Assembly: GCA_002491565.1 (NCBI GenBank) | Contig: DKWE01000060.1 | Span: 15,688-79,687 of the forward strand | Direction: 5' to 3' | DNA: 64,000 nucleotides | Source of the DNA: Lachnospiraceae bacterium UBA7160 | GTDB lineage: Bacteria; Bacillota; Clostridia; Lachnospirales; Lachnospiraceae | Shown here: positions 1-12,118 of the stretch, one piece after another | Layout of the letters: each line of letters begins with the position of its first letter | Position numbering within the stretch: position 1 is the stretch's first letter | Position numbers and translations under genes: made by a program | The notes under the pieces: model-generated | What the model was told of the DNA's origin: nothing | Databases searched by the model: none | The model's input: only the letters and a program-made list of their open reading frames with translations

Positions 1-326
1 TCCTGAATGAGTCCGAAGGGACACAGGAAACCGCAGATGGTGCGGCCAAGGATCAGGCCAAAGAGCAGCAGGATGCCGACGATGTAAAAGGGAGCGCGGT
101 TGCCGCTCGAAGCCAGCGCATTCTGCAGAGCGCCCAGGGGGCAGGCTCCGACTGCCCCGGGACAGGAATAGCAGTTCAGCCCGGGAACACAGACCGATTT
201 GGTGTTGCCAACATAGATTTCACCTTCGATATAGCCCTTGAGGTTGGCATTGTATAAGAGCGCTGCGTAAAGCTGGATCAGGCGGCGCTTTGAGGGCAGG
301 TGATTTTTTATCCAATTATTTTTCAT
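1..326 (-). CDS. Membrane 4Fe-4S binding protein (NapH/YccM-like), 3'-partial at window edge
   Basis: Not in ORF track; manual translation MKNNWIKNHLPSKRRLIQLYAALLYN...CVPGLNCYSCPGAVGACPLGALQ...GRTICGFLCPFGLIQ has CxxC/CxxxCP motifs and TM segments. Confidence 0.85.
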   Translation of the reverse strand, partial: MKNNWIKNHLPSKRRLIQLYAALLYNANLKGYIEGEIYVGNTKSVCVPGLNCYSCPGAVGACPLGALQNALASSGNRAPFYIVGILLLFGLILGRTICGFLCPFGLIQ

Positions 327-330
327 ATTC

Positions 331-1410
331 TTATCCAAGTCCGATACACTCCGTACATATATTGATAGCTTTGACCAGTACATCCCACATGCCGCCGTTT
401 TGCAGCCCGAGTACGATCAGAATGATAGCAGCTGCGAAAACAAAGATGCGGCAGACGGTAAGAGGGATGCCGATTTTTGTGGTATCTTCAGCAGAAGTAA
501 CGTCAGCGGTGTTTTTTGCGGAAGCCGTATCCGCTGTGGAAGCAATGTTCTTGGCGGAAACTGTCTCCGCCGTGGAAGCGGCGTTCATAGCGGGAGTCGT
601 ACTCGTCGTGTAAACGTCGCTCTTAGCGAAAACTGTATCCGTCGTGGAAACAGTGCTTTTAGCGGAAGCTGTATTCGTCGTGGAAGCGGTGCTCTTGGCG
701 GAATCCGATTTCTCGTTGGAGGATACTGTGTCAGCTTTTCGCTTAGGGGCAGCTTTGAGCAGGTCAATTTCCTTCTGGATGCTCTTGCCGCACAGCCAGG
801 AAGCCAGGCAGGCCGCAGCGAAGCCGAGCGCAGTCCAGGGAGCCACATGGAGCAGCATGCTTCCGATTACCGGTTCCAGGTCCAGACTGGTGAAATTTTC
901 CTGCTGCAGCAGATACCAGGCGCAGGGGATTGCACAGATGGCAATGAAAATGCCCGCTGCGAGCCGGATCGTCTGTCGGCGGCGCTGCTCGGCGAGCGCC
1001 TCTGCCGGCAGCTTGGCCACTCTGGCGCGCAGCCTGCCAAGAGTATCCTCTGCCATGGGCTTGCTTTTGTGCGTGCGGGAACCATGGGAAGCAGCATCGC
1101 TGGTTCCGGATTTACCGCCGTTAAGATGGCTTCCGCGTGCGTGGGAAATGCTGTATCCACAGGCTGCCTGGAGGATCAGTCCTGCCACAATGAGGATCAG
1201 GTAAATCGTGAGCACAGGTGTGATTTCAGCCAGCTTCTGGCCGATCACTTCCCGGGAATAGACCTGCTCGATGCGCACGCCGGGAGAACTGAAATTCTCC
1301 GGGCGGTTGCCGGTCTGGTAGATGGAGATTGTCTGACGGCAAAGCAGCAGACAGACCACCACCGTAAACACGGCCAGCGCAAGGCGCAGGATGCGTAATG
1401 CTTTTGTCAT
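331..1410 (-). CDS. Multi-pass membrane protein with Ser/Thr repeat linker and C-terminal CD1871A-like CxxC module
   Basis: ORF 331..1458; ATG at 1410 after GGAG-like RBS; about 5 hydrophobic segments; ends VLVKAINICTECIGLG. Confidence 0.75.
   Translation of the reverse strand: MTKALRILRLALAVFTVVVCLLLCRQTISIYQTGNRPENFSSPGVRIEQVYSREVIGQKLAEITPVLTIYLILIVAGLILQAACGYSISHARGSHLNGGKSGTSDAASHGSRTHKSKPMAEDTLGRLRARVAKLPAEALAEQRRRQTIRLAAGIFIAICAIPCAWYLLQQENFTSLDLEPVIGSMLLHVAPWTALGFAAACLASWLCGKSIQKEIDLLKAAPKRKADTVSSNEKSDSAKSTASTTNTASAKSTVSTTDTVFAKSDVYTTSTTPAMNAASTAETVSAKNIASTADTASAKNTADVTSAEDTTKIGIPLTVCRIFVFAAAIILIVLGLQNGGMWDVLVKAINICTECIGLG
487..702 (-). repeat. Six degenerate 36-bp tandem units (12-aa SAKSTASTTNTA-type) inside the CDS
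   Basis: Units at 487,523,559,595,631,667 align in DNA and protein. Confidence 0.85.
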
Positions 1411-1516
1411 GAAAAGACTCCTTTCTTTATTTCCGCGAGCAACGAACCAAGTAGTCATGCTTGCATGGATATTTGGCGGTGCTGTGTGTCGGTGTTGCTG
1501 ACCCCCGGTGGGGCTT

Positions 1517-1620
1517 GTTTAGCACCGACCGAGCCGGACGGCGAGACCACACGTTTAGCACCGACCGAGCCGGACGGCGAGACCACACGTTTAGCACTGA
1601 CCGAAGCGGAGCGTAGACCA
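1517..1620. repeat. REP-like tandem repeat: two identical 36-bp units plus a degenerate third
   Basis: GTTTAGCACCGACCGAGCCGGACGGCGAGACCACAC at 1517 and 1553, then GTTTAGCACTGACCGAAGCGGAGCGTAGACCA at 1589; no spacers. Confidence 0.85.
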
Positions 1621-1682
1621 AATACCCCGCAGCTCTGCAGCGTTGCAAGTTTGATACCTCGTTGCTTGCAGCGGGGTATTTG
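1619..1682. repeat. Palindromic element CAAATACCCCGC...GCGGGGTATTTG
   Basis: 12-bp perfect inverted repeat abutting the tandem repeat. Confidence 0.65.
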
Positions 1683-1758
1683 ATTTGCTGCTTCTCAGTT
1701 TGGAAGCATGTTTTCCGCTCTGCCATGACAGAGACGGGCAGATGCAGGAACTGCTATG

Positions 1759-1787
1759 ATTATAGTCTTTTGAGTATAAAATTGCAA
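1759..1787 (-). promoter_or_regulatory. sigma70/SigA promoter for the leftward operon
   Basis: Minus strand TTGCAA-17-TATAAT. Confidence 0.65.
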
Positions 1788-1810
1788 TAAAGATGCCGGG
1801 GAACTGCGGC

Positions 1811-1839
1811 TTGACACCCGGTATTTTTCAAACTATAAT
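1811..1839 (+). promoter_or_regulatory. Consensus sigma70/SigA promoter for the TlpA-like gene
   Basis: TTGACA-17-TATAAT. Confidence 0.8.
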
Positions 1840-1940
1840 TCAGTTTGTGAGTTTTTCATGCCTGACCAGAGAGGGCTGCAGGTGATGAATTTGTCTGTTC
1901 ACTGGGATTAGGCTTTCACAGAAAAAGGAGGATATGCCTT

Positions 1941-3803
1941 ATGAGAAGGAAACAGGTATTCGGCAAGGTTTTTGCTGCGGGAGTGTCAGCGCTGGCGCTT
2001 TCCATTAGCAGTATGGGCGTCTGGCAGCCAGCGGTGCAGGCGGAGGAGACTGAGGCAGTGAGTGAAGCGGCAGAAGATGCGCAGTCCGGTGCGTTCGTTC
2101 CGGCAGCGCCGATCGGTACTGAGGTGGGCGCGGGGATCCGTGATTTCAAGTTCACGACCTATGACGGACGCGAGCTCAGCCTGTATGAAACGCTCCAGGA
2201 AAAGAAGATGGTGCTGATCAACTGCTGGGCTTCCTGGTGCGGGCCGTGTCAGGCGGAGTTTCCGTTCATGGAAGAGGCTTATGAGAAATACAAGGATGAT
2301 GTGGAAGTATTTGCGATGTCCTGCGAAGAAGAGGACAGCGATGAGGTGCTGGCGGATTATGTGGCGGAGATGGGAATGACCTTCCCGGTAGGCCGTGACG
2401 AGGCGAAGATTTATAATGATTATTCCACCGGCTATATCCCGCTCTCTATCGTAGTAGACCGCTATGGTGTGGTGTGTCTTGCGGAAGTGAGCTCCCAGTC
2501 CTCGTCGGCTGCGTTTGAGCGACTGTTCGATGTATTCTGTGCCGAGGAGTATCCGGAGTCCGTGATTCTCGATGGCTTCCCGCCTGCAGTTCCGGATGAG
2601 GAGCCGGTGGATCCGGCGAAGCTGGCGGAGGTGCTCGGAGGCGAGGGTCTGACCTATGTGAACCCGGAGGATGAGTATAACTGGCCGTTTGTGATTGAGG
2701 AGGATCATGTCGCATCGACCAACCAGGAGGAAAACAGCACAGCTTCTTCCCTGGATGTGAAGCTTACGGCAGCAGAGGGCGATGTATTTGCGCTTGACTA
2801 TAAGGAATCCACAGAGATGGGCTTTGACTTCCTGCGGATCTATGTCAATGGAGAGCAGGTCAAGTTCAGCAGCGGCGAGCGCGACTGGACGACCTGGGGC
2901 TATCAGTTTGCAGAAGCGGGCGATTATACCGTTACCTTGTCCTATGAGAAGGATGAGGCAAGCAGTGAAGGCGAGGATACCGTATGGTTGAAGAATCTCC
3001 GTCTGCTTACTGGCGAAGATGCCACTGCGCTTATGGAATCGCTTCCGGTCTATCCGATGGCAGAGGAGACCATGCTCAGCATCAGCAGTGAGAATGCCCG
3101 CGAAGTCGTGATCAATGATCCGGCTAGCTGGATTACCGGTGCGTTTGGTGAGTACAGAGCTTACATTGTTTCCGGAGAAACAGCAGAATTTACGGCTGCG
3201 CTGGCAGAAGGCCTGGATGCGGAAAGCGCGGTCTTCAATAACAGCTTCGATGGAGTGGCTAAGGTCCTGAGCGACTGCGTGGAAGACGATCATTATGTGT
3301 ATACTGTGAACGGCCTGAACAGCTACGCTACGACAGGAAGCGGCTATACACAGGTAGCGCTGATTCCCTCTGCGGACACAGCGGATGAGACCATTCTTCT
3401 GTTTGCAGGCGAGGCGGACCTGAATACTTTCCTGATCCGCAACAGCAGGGAGGATACGGGCGTGATTTCGACGACCTGGAAATATGCAGATGGTTCTGCA
3501 CCGGAGACGGTGAATGTGATTACCGAGGTGGAGGCGCTTGCTGAGGGCGAGGCGCTGTACCAGCTGGTATTTGTGGATGAGAACGGGAATCCGGTCGAGG
3601 GCGCGATCGCAAATGTCTGCGACGACAGCTCCTGCTCGCCGATGACTTCCGATGCGAACGGCATGATCAGTTTCGCGAAGCCGGCATTCGCTTACCACAT
3701 TCAGGTCATCAAGGTGCCGGAGGGATATGAGTATGACACGACACAGGAGAGCTATCTGGATGAAAAGGGCGGCGTGACTACCTTCACACTGGGTACAAAA
3801 TAA
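1941..3803 (+). CDS. Secreted acidic TlpA/ResA-like thiol-disulfide redoxin with additional beta-sandwich domains
   Basis: AGGAGG RBS; signal peptide ending AVQA; INCWASWCGPC motif; C-terminal FVDENGNPVEGA..CDDSSC..VPEGY prealbumin/CnaB-like segment. Confidence 0.8.
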   Translation: MRRKQVFGKVFAAGVSALALSISSMGVWQPAVQAEETEAVSEAAEDAQSGAFVPAAPIGTEVGAGIRDFKFTTYDGRELSLYETLQEKKMVLINCWASWCGPCQAEFPFMEEAYEKYKDDVEVFAMSCEEEDSDEVLADYVAEMGMTFPVGRDEAKIYNDYSTGYIPLSIVVDRYGVVCLAEVSSQSSSAAFERLFDVFCAEEYPESVILDGFPPAVPDEEPVDPAKLAEVLGGEGLTYVNPEDEYNWPFVIEEDHVASTNQEENSTASSLDVKLTAAEGDVFALDYKESTEMGFDFLRIYVNGEQVKFSSGERDWTTWGYQFAEAGDYTVTLSYEKDEASSEGEDTVWLKNLRLLTGEDATALMESLPVYPMAEETMLSISSENAREVVINDPASWITGAFGEYRAYIVSGETAEFTAALAEGLDAESAVFNNSFDGVAKVLSDCVEDDHYVYTVNGLNSYATTGSGYTQVALIPSADTADETILLFAGEADLNTFLIRNSREDTGVISTTWKYADGSAPETVNVITEVEALAEGEALYQLVFVDENGNPVEGAIANVCDDSSCSPMTSDANGMISFAKPAFAYHIQVIKVPEGYEYDTTQESYLDEKGGVTTFTLGTK

Positions 3804-3924
3804 AGGAAAACGAAGGGGTACAGCCTTATCAGGAGGAGAAGGGTGGCGTGCCTGCTTTCACACTGTGGGCTAAATAAAGTAATACAAAAGATACGGCTTG
3901 TAACGAGGAAAGCCAGAGCTTAGG

Positions 3925-3956
3925 AAAAGGACTGTCGGATGCGGCAGTCCTTTTTT
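3925..3956 (+). terminator. Intrinsic (probably bidirectional) terminator
   Basis: AAAAGGACTGTCG-GATG-CGGCAGTCCTTTTTT. Confidence 0.75.
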
Positions 3957-4123
3957 GTATGCTCATGAAATCAGTTGCGCTGATGTGAAATGTTTTGCCA
4001 GATAAGATTATGAGAGCACGAAGTGCAAAACAATCTGTCCGGTTGGTAGCTTTCGATATCATGTAATCAGAAGCTGCTTCTTATGAAACGTGTTATGAAT
4101 GGAGCTTAACAAATTGGGGTGTG

Positions 4124-4996
4124 TTATCGGGCGATCGAATCGCTGTCACTTAGCTGCTTCCGGAACTGGGTCGGCGACATGCCACAGTTCTTTTTAAACA
4201 GGCGGCTGAAGTACAGGGAATTTTCATAGCCGACAATCGAGGCAATCTCCGTGACAGTGCAGGAGGTAGATTCCAGGAGGCTCTGGGCATTGGAAATGCG
4301 CAGAGAGAGGAGATACTGGGCAGGAGTTGTACCGGTATAGTCCTTAAAATTCCGTATAAACCAGCTGACACTCATTCCGCGTTCTCTTGCGTACGCTTCG
4401 ATACTGATCTGCTGATTGTAATTGGAATGAAAATGTGTGACGGCCCGGTTCATTTCATCCATAAGGAACGCGCTTTTTTCGCGCGGCTTTTTTCCCTGCA
4501 AACGAAAAAGCAGGATGAACAGATATTCAAGCTCGTGTGCGAGTACTGTCTCATAGAAAGGCTTGCACAGCTTGAGCTCCTGAATGAAATGCAGGAAAAT
4601 CTGTTTGTATTCCAGGGAGGTCCCAGTGTGGATGACGTGAGCTTTGTCCGGAAATCCGTATTTCCTTAAAATATTTGTGACGTTGTTCCCGGTAAAATGG
4701 ACCCAGTAAACCTCAGTCTGATCGATGCCATAATAATAGTAGCGCTGTTCCTCCTTTGGGCGGTAGAGCACCATATTGCCAGCAGGAACGATTTCCTCGG
4801 CTCCGTGGAAGAAAAAATGAGCCTTGCCTGAGGCGATATAGAGCAGCTGGAAGTCCAGACGGCCGCGCGGCCTGTGTGTCGGCAGCTTCGGTCGGGTAAA
4901 CAGATGATAGGTGCCCGCGCTTCCTACAAAGAGCGGATGCTTTTTATCCTTAAAATCCAGGACTTGATTGTGCCAGTAGGCATTGTCTGTGTACAT
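4124..4996 (-). CDS. AraC family transcriptional regulator
   Basis: N-terminal cupin-like domain, C-terminal EIASIVGYENSLYFSRLFKK HTH; start MYTDN after AGGAG. Confidence 0.9.
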   Translation of the reverse strand: MYTDNAYWHNQVLDFKDKKHPLFVGSAGTYHLFTRPKLPTHRPRGRLDFQLLYIASGKAHFFFHGAEEIVPAGNMVLYRPKEEQRYYYYGIDQTEVYWVHFTGNNVTNILRKYGFPDKAHVIHTGTSLEYKQIFLHFIQELKLCKPFYETVLAHELEYLFILLFRLQGKKPREKSAFLMDEMNRAVTHFHSNYNQQISIEAYARERGMSVSWFIRNFKDYTGTTPAQYLLSLRISNAQSLLESTSCTVTEIASIVGYENSLYFSRLFKKNCGMSPTQFRKQLSDSDSIAR

Positions 4997-5104
4997 AGAT
5001 GGCTCCTTTCCTGGTGCGGCGGCTGCCCGCATCAAAAATATTGTATCATTTTGTGCATATTTTGTCTATTTAAATTTATTCTCATATATGTAAAAACGCT
5101 GTAA

Positions 5105-8245
<3,141 letters not shown>

Positions 8246-8503
8246 GAGAAGGTCTGCTGCAGTCACCGGGGATGTACAGTTGGCACAAACCTCTCAGGTG
8301 AGGTCCGGCAGGTACGGGAAACGTTATGAGACCTTCCGCGGGAGTCGCAGTTTTAAAGCCTATGAAAAGCGACAGATTCTCAAACCATTACGAGAGTCAT
8401 GGCAGAAGTCCCGGAAGGCTGCAGTGTAGTGAATTATTAAGAGATGTTATGATTCAAGCTAAGCTACCCGGAAGAAACTGGGAGAAAGGAAAAGAGTAAT
8501 AAA

Positions 8504-9946
8504 ATGAATGAGAAAAAATATTTAACCTGGGCTAATAAGGTTGGCTATGGTTCCGGTGATATCGCCGGTAACGTCGTATATGCGCTGCTGTCTGCGTTTG
8601 TTATGATCTTCCTTACCGATACGGTCGGACTGAATGCCGGGATTGTCGGTACTCTGATTGCCGTATCAAAGGTCTTTGACGGCGTCAGCGATATCTTCTT
8701 TGGCGCGATGATTGACAAGACGCACAGCAGGATGGGCAAGGCGAGGCCCTGGATGTTCTACGGCTACTTTGGATGTGCCCTTTGCCTGGTTGCTATCTTT
8801 TGTATCCCGGCGGATCTGAGTGATTTTGCGAAATACGCATGGTTCTTTGTGGCCTATACGGTACTGAATGCGGGATTTTACACCGCAAATAACATCGCGT
8901 ATTCCGCGCTGACTGCCCTGATCACAAAGAATAACCACGAGCGTGTGCAGATGGGTTCCATCCGGTTTATGTTCGCGTTTGGTACAAGCATGCTGATCCA
9001 GACGATCACGGTGGGCTGCGTCGCTTACTTTGGCGGCGGCGCCGCGGCATGGAGAACGGTGGCAATCATTTATGCGATTGTCGGTGTGATCTCAAACTCT
9101 ATCTCTGTATTTTCAGTCAGGGAGCTGTCAGAGGAGGAGCTGGAGGCCGGAGAACACACTGGCAGCAGTGAGCACGAAGACAGGGAGCAGGCAGGCGAAG
9201 CGCTGGCAGATAGAGAACGAGCAGGCGGGACGCTGCCAGAGAAGCTTCCGGAAGAAAAGTACAGCCTGATCGATGCGTTTAAGATTCTTGCCCACAATAA
9301 GTATTACCTGATGATTTGCGGCTCGTATATTCTTATGCAGATATACTCCGCAACCCTGAACATGGGGATTTATTTCATGACCTATGTACTGAAGAATGCG
9401 AATCTGCTCGGCGTATTTTCCTGGGCGATCAATATACCGATGATTCTTGGTCTGCTGTTTACACCTGCACTGGTCGCACGTTGGAAGGGAATGTACAAGC
9501 TGAATATCTGCGGCTATACGCTGGGTACGGTTGGACGGCTTGGCGTTGTGATTGCCGGATATATGGGAAGTGTACCGCTGATGCTTGCATGCACGGCAAT
9601 CGCCGCAATCGGCATGAGCCCGCTGCAGGGAGATATGAATGCCCTGATCGCTACCTGTTCAGAATATACGTATCTAACAACCGGCAAGCGCGTCGATGGA
9701 ACCATGTATTCCTGCACCTCCTTCGGAACTAAGATTGGAGGCGGCATTGGCACAGCGCTTGCAGGCTGGCTGCTTGCCTGGAGCGGCTATGTGGGAGGCG
9801 CGGCGGAGCAGTCCGCTTCCTGTATGAATATGCTCCATATTATGTATCTGTGGCTGCCGATGATCTTTAATTTGTTGATCACTCTGATCCTGATCAGACT
9901 GAATGTGGAGAAGGCGAATGAAGAGCTTCGCGCGAAAGCGAAGTAA
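8504..9946 (+). CDS. MFS glycoside-pentoside-hexuronide (GPH) cation symporter
   Basis: GYGSGD, DKTHSRMGKARPW, TGKRVDG motifs; about 12 TM segments. Confidence 0.88.
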   Translation: MNEKKYLTWANKVGYGSGDIAGNVVYALLSAFVMIFLTDTVGLNAGIVGTLIAVSKVFDGVSDIFFGAMIDKTHSRMGKARPWMFYGYFGCALCLVAIFCIPADLSDFAKYAWFFVAYTVLNAGFYTANNIAYSALTALITKNNHERVQMGSIRFMFAFGTSMLIQTITVGCVAYFGGGAAAWRTVAIIYAIVGVISNSISVFSVRELSEEELEAGEHTGSSEHEDREQAGEALADRERAGGTLPEKLPEEKYSLIDAFKILAHNKYYLMICGSYILMQIYSATLNMGIYFMTYVLKNANLLGVFSWAINIPMILGLLFTPALVARWKGMYKLNICGYTLGTVGRLGVVIAGYMGSVPLMLACTAIAAIGMSPLQGDMNALIATCSEYTYLTTGKRVDGTMYSCTSFGTKIGGGIGTALAGWLLAWSGYVGGAAEQSASCMNMLHIMYLWLPMIFNLLITLILIRLNVEKANEELRAKAK

Positions 9947-9986
9947 GATAGATTTGCGATCCGTGTAAGGATATCAAAAAAGACTG

Positions 9987-10038
9987 TGTAAACAGGGGAG
10001 ACAGTAACGTAGATGCGTCACTGTCTCCCCTGTTTACA
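9987..10038. terminator. Long hairpin between the convergent permease and pyrG
   Basis: TGTAAACAGGGGAGACAGT...ACTGTCTCCCCTGTTTACA, 19-bp perfect stem. Confidence 0.7.
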
Positions 10039-10131
10039 GCCAGCAGACTGTTTCCGGACTCTCCGGTGCATGGCTCTGGCAGGCCGTCCGTATAAAAAGT
10101 ATGTCAGAATTATGTCAGAAGGTGAAAAGCT

Positions 10132-11748
10132 TTATTTTGTGTCATGCCTTGTGACCGCTGCCTCGATAAATCCGCGGAAGAGCGGATGCGGGCGGTTCGG
10201 GCGGGATTTGAGTTCCGGGTGCGCCTGCGTTCCGATGAAGAATGGATGATCCTTAAGCTCGATCATCTCGACGATCCGGCCGTCCGGCGAAAGGCCTGAG
10301 AGCGTCAGACCGTGGTCGGTCAGCACCTTGCGGTAATCGTTGTTGACCTCGTAGCGGTGTCTGTGGCGCTCATGAATCTCGCGCGTGCCGTACAGCTGGT
10401 ATGCTTTGGTGGACGGCTCCAGCACACACGGGTAGGAACCGAGCCGCAGCGTACCGCCGATGTCCTCCACGCCGTTTTGATCCGGCAGCAGTGCGATAAC
10501 CGGATGTGGCGTCTGAGGATCAAGCTCGATGCTGTGTGCGTCCGCAAGTCCGGCAGCGTGGCGTGCATACTCGACGATTGCGAGCTGCATGCCGAGGCAG
10601 AGTCCGAGATAAGGGATACTGTGGGTGCGCGCGTAGCGGATGGCTTCGATCATGCCGTCGATGCCCCGGTCTCCGAAGCCGCCCGGCACCAGAATGCCGT
10701 CTACACCTGCAAGCAGTTCGCCTGCATTTTCTGTGGTGACATCTTCGGAATTGATCCAGCGGATGGAAACGGTCGCATGGCTGGCGATGCCGCCGTGCTT
10801 CAGTGCTTCGACCACGCTGATATATGCGTCATGGAGCGCAGTGTATTTTCCGACGAGAGCGACCTCCACATCGCGGGTCGGATTGTGCAGCGCTTCGACC
10901 ATTGCGGTCCAGTCGGAGAGATCCGGCTCTGGGCAAGGCAGCTCCAGGCATTCGCAGGCCACCTGCGCGAGCTGCTCCTGTTCCATTGCGAGCGGGGCCT
11001 CATAGAGATATTCCACATCGAGGTTCTGGAGAACATGGCTGCTTGGAACGTTGCAGAACAGTGCGATCTTGTCCTTGATCTGGCGATTCAGCGGATGTTC
11101 GGAGCGGCAGACAATAATGTCTGGCCAGATGCCCATGCTCTGTAAAGACTTGACACTCATCTGCGTCGGCTTTGTCTTCATTTCTCCGGATGCTTTCAGA
11201 TACGGGATCAGCGTTACGTGCACGATGATGGCATTCTCATGGCCGATGTCGTGCTGGAACTGGCGGATTGCCTCCAGAAATGGCTGGCTTTCGATATCGC
11301 CGACGGTGCCGCCGACCTCGATGATTGCGATCTGCGTCTCGTCAGTGATATTTGTATAATCACGGTAAAACCGGCTCTTGATTTCATTTGTGATATGGGG
11401 AATGACCTGGACCGTGCCGCCTCCATAATCTCCGCGCCGCTCCTTCTGGAGTACAGACCAGTAGATTTTTCCGGTCGTCACGTTGGAATTCTTGTTCAGG
11501 CTCTCATCGATGAAGCGTTCATAGTGGCCGAGGTCGAGATCGGTCTCGGCTCCATCATCCGTCACGAAGACCTCGCCGTGCTGGATCGGATTCATCGTTC
11601 CGGGGTCGATATTAATGTAGGGATCGAACTTCTGCATCGTCACTTTGTAGCCGCGTGCCTTGAGCAGACGCCCAAGAGATGCCGCTGTGATCCCTTTTCC
11701 GAGTCCGGAGACAACGCCGCCTGTTACGAAAACATATTTCACTGCCAT
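10132..11748 (-). CDS. pyrG: CTP synthase
   Basis: [26 protein letters not shown] motifs; start MAVKY after AGGAGG. Confidence 0.97.
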   Translation of the reverse strand: MAVKYVFVTGGVVSGLGKGITAASLGRLLKARGYKVTMQKFDPYINIDPGTMNPIQHGEVFVTDDGAETDLDLGHYERFIDESLNKNSNVTTGKIYWSVLQKERRGDYGGGTVQVIPHITNEIKSRFYRDYTNITDETQIAIIEVGGTVGDIESQPFLEAIRQFQHDIGHENAIIVHVTLIPYLKASGEMKTKPTQMSVKSLQSMGIWPDIIVCRSEHPLNRQIKDKIALFCNVPSSHVLQNLDVEYLYEAPLAMEQEQLAQVACECLELPCPEPDLSDWTAMVEALHNPTRDVEVALVGKYTALHDAYISVVEALKHGGIASHATVSIRWINSEDVTTENAGELLAGVDGILVPGGFGDRGIDGMIEAIRYARTHSIPYLGLCLGMQLAIVEYARHAAGLADAHSIELDPQTPHPVIALLPDQNGVEDIGGTLRLGSYPCVLEPSTKAYQLYGTREIHERHRHRYEVNNDYRKVLTDHGLTLSGLSPDGRIVEMIELKDHPFFIGTQAHPELKSRPNRPHPLFRGFIEAAVTRHDTK

Positions 11749-12023
11749 AGGTTTCCTCCTTCGCTGATATGTGCCCCCTCCGGAGGTTACTATTTGCGGC
11801 TTGCAGGCCATCTGTCATGTACGGCTATGGCCTTTTCAGCTCGTGCGCATATAGAGATAGTACACAGTTTTCTGTCATTTGCAGTTTCTATGCAGGATGT
11901 ATGCGCAAATACTGCCGCGAATCGTAACTTCTGAACGCCTTATTATACAACGCTGCCTGTGGAAAAGCCATTCTTTTTTCCTGGGATTTCACAGAAATTT
12001 TAGAAACAAATTGATTTCTGGTA

Positions 12024-12052
12024 TTGATTTATGGATTATGTCTCTTTATAAT
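12024..12052 (+). promoter_or_regulatory. Putative sigma70 promoter of ftsH
   Basis: TTGATT-17-TATAAT. Confidence 0.55.
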
Positions 12053-12118
12053 AGTAAGGACGCGATACGGAGCGCGCGTCTGCTCTGGAAGAGACGCGGC
12101 GCGAATGAGGAGGAGAAT

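Noticed and set aside
1517-1620. CRISPR array (36-bp repeats starting GTTT)
   Set aside because: Units are directly adjacent with no spacers, only 2-3 copies, and no cas genes in the window
1-3803. Selenocysteine recoding in the redox locus
   Set aside because: All visible redox motifs use Cys codons; no in-frame TGA at a CxxC position
11749-12118. N-terminal extensions of PyrG and FtsH from the ORF track (also RplC, SecY, Adk, RpoA, AroK, MATE)
   Set aside because: Downstream starts have proper RBSs and match family N-termini; the extensions cross promoter or spacer regions
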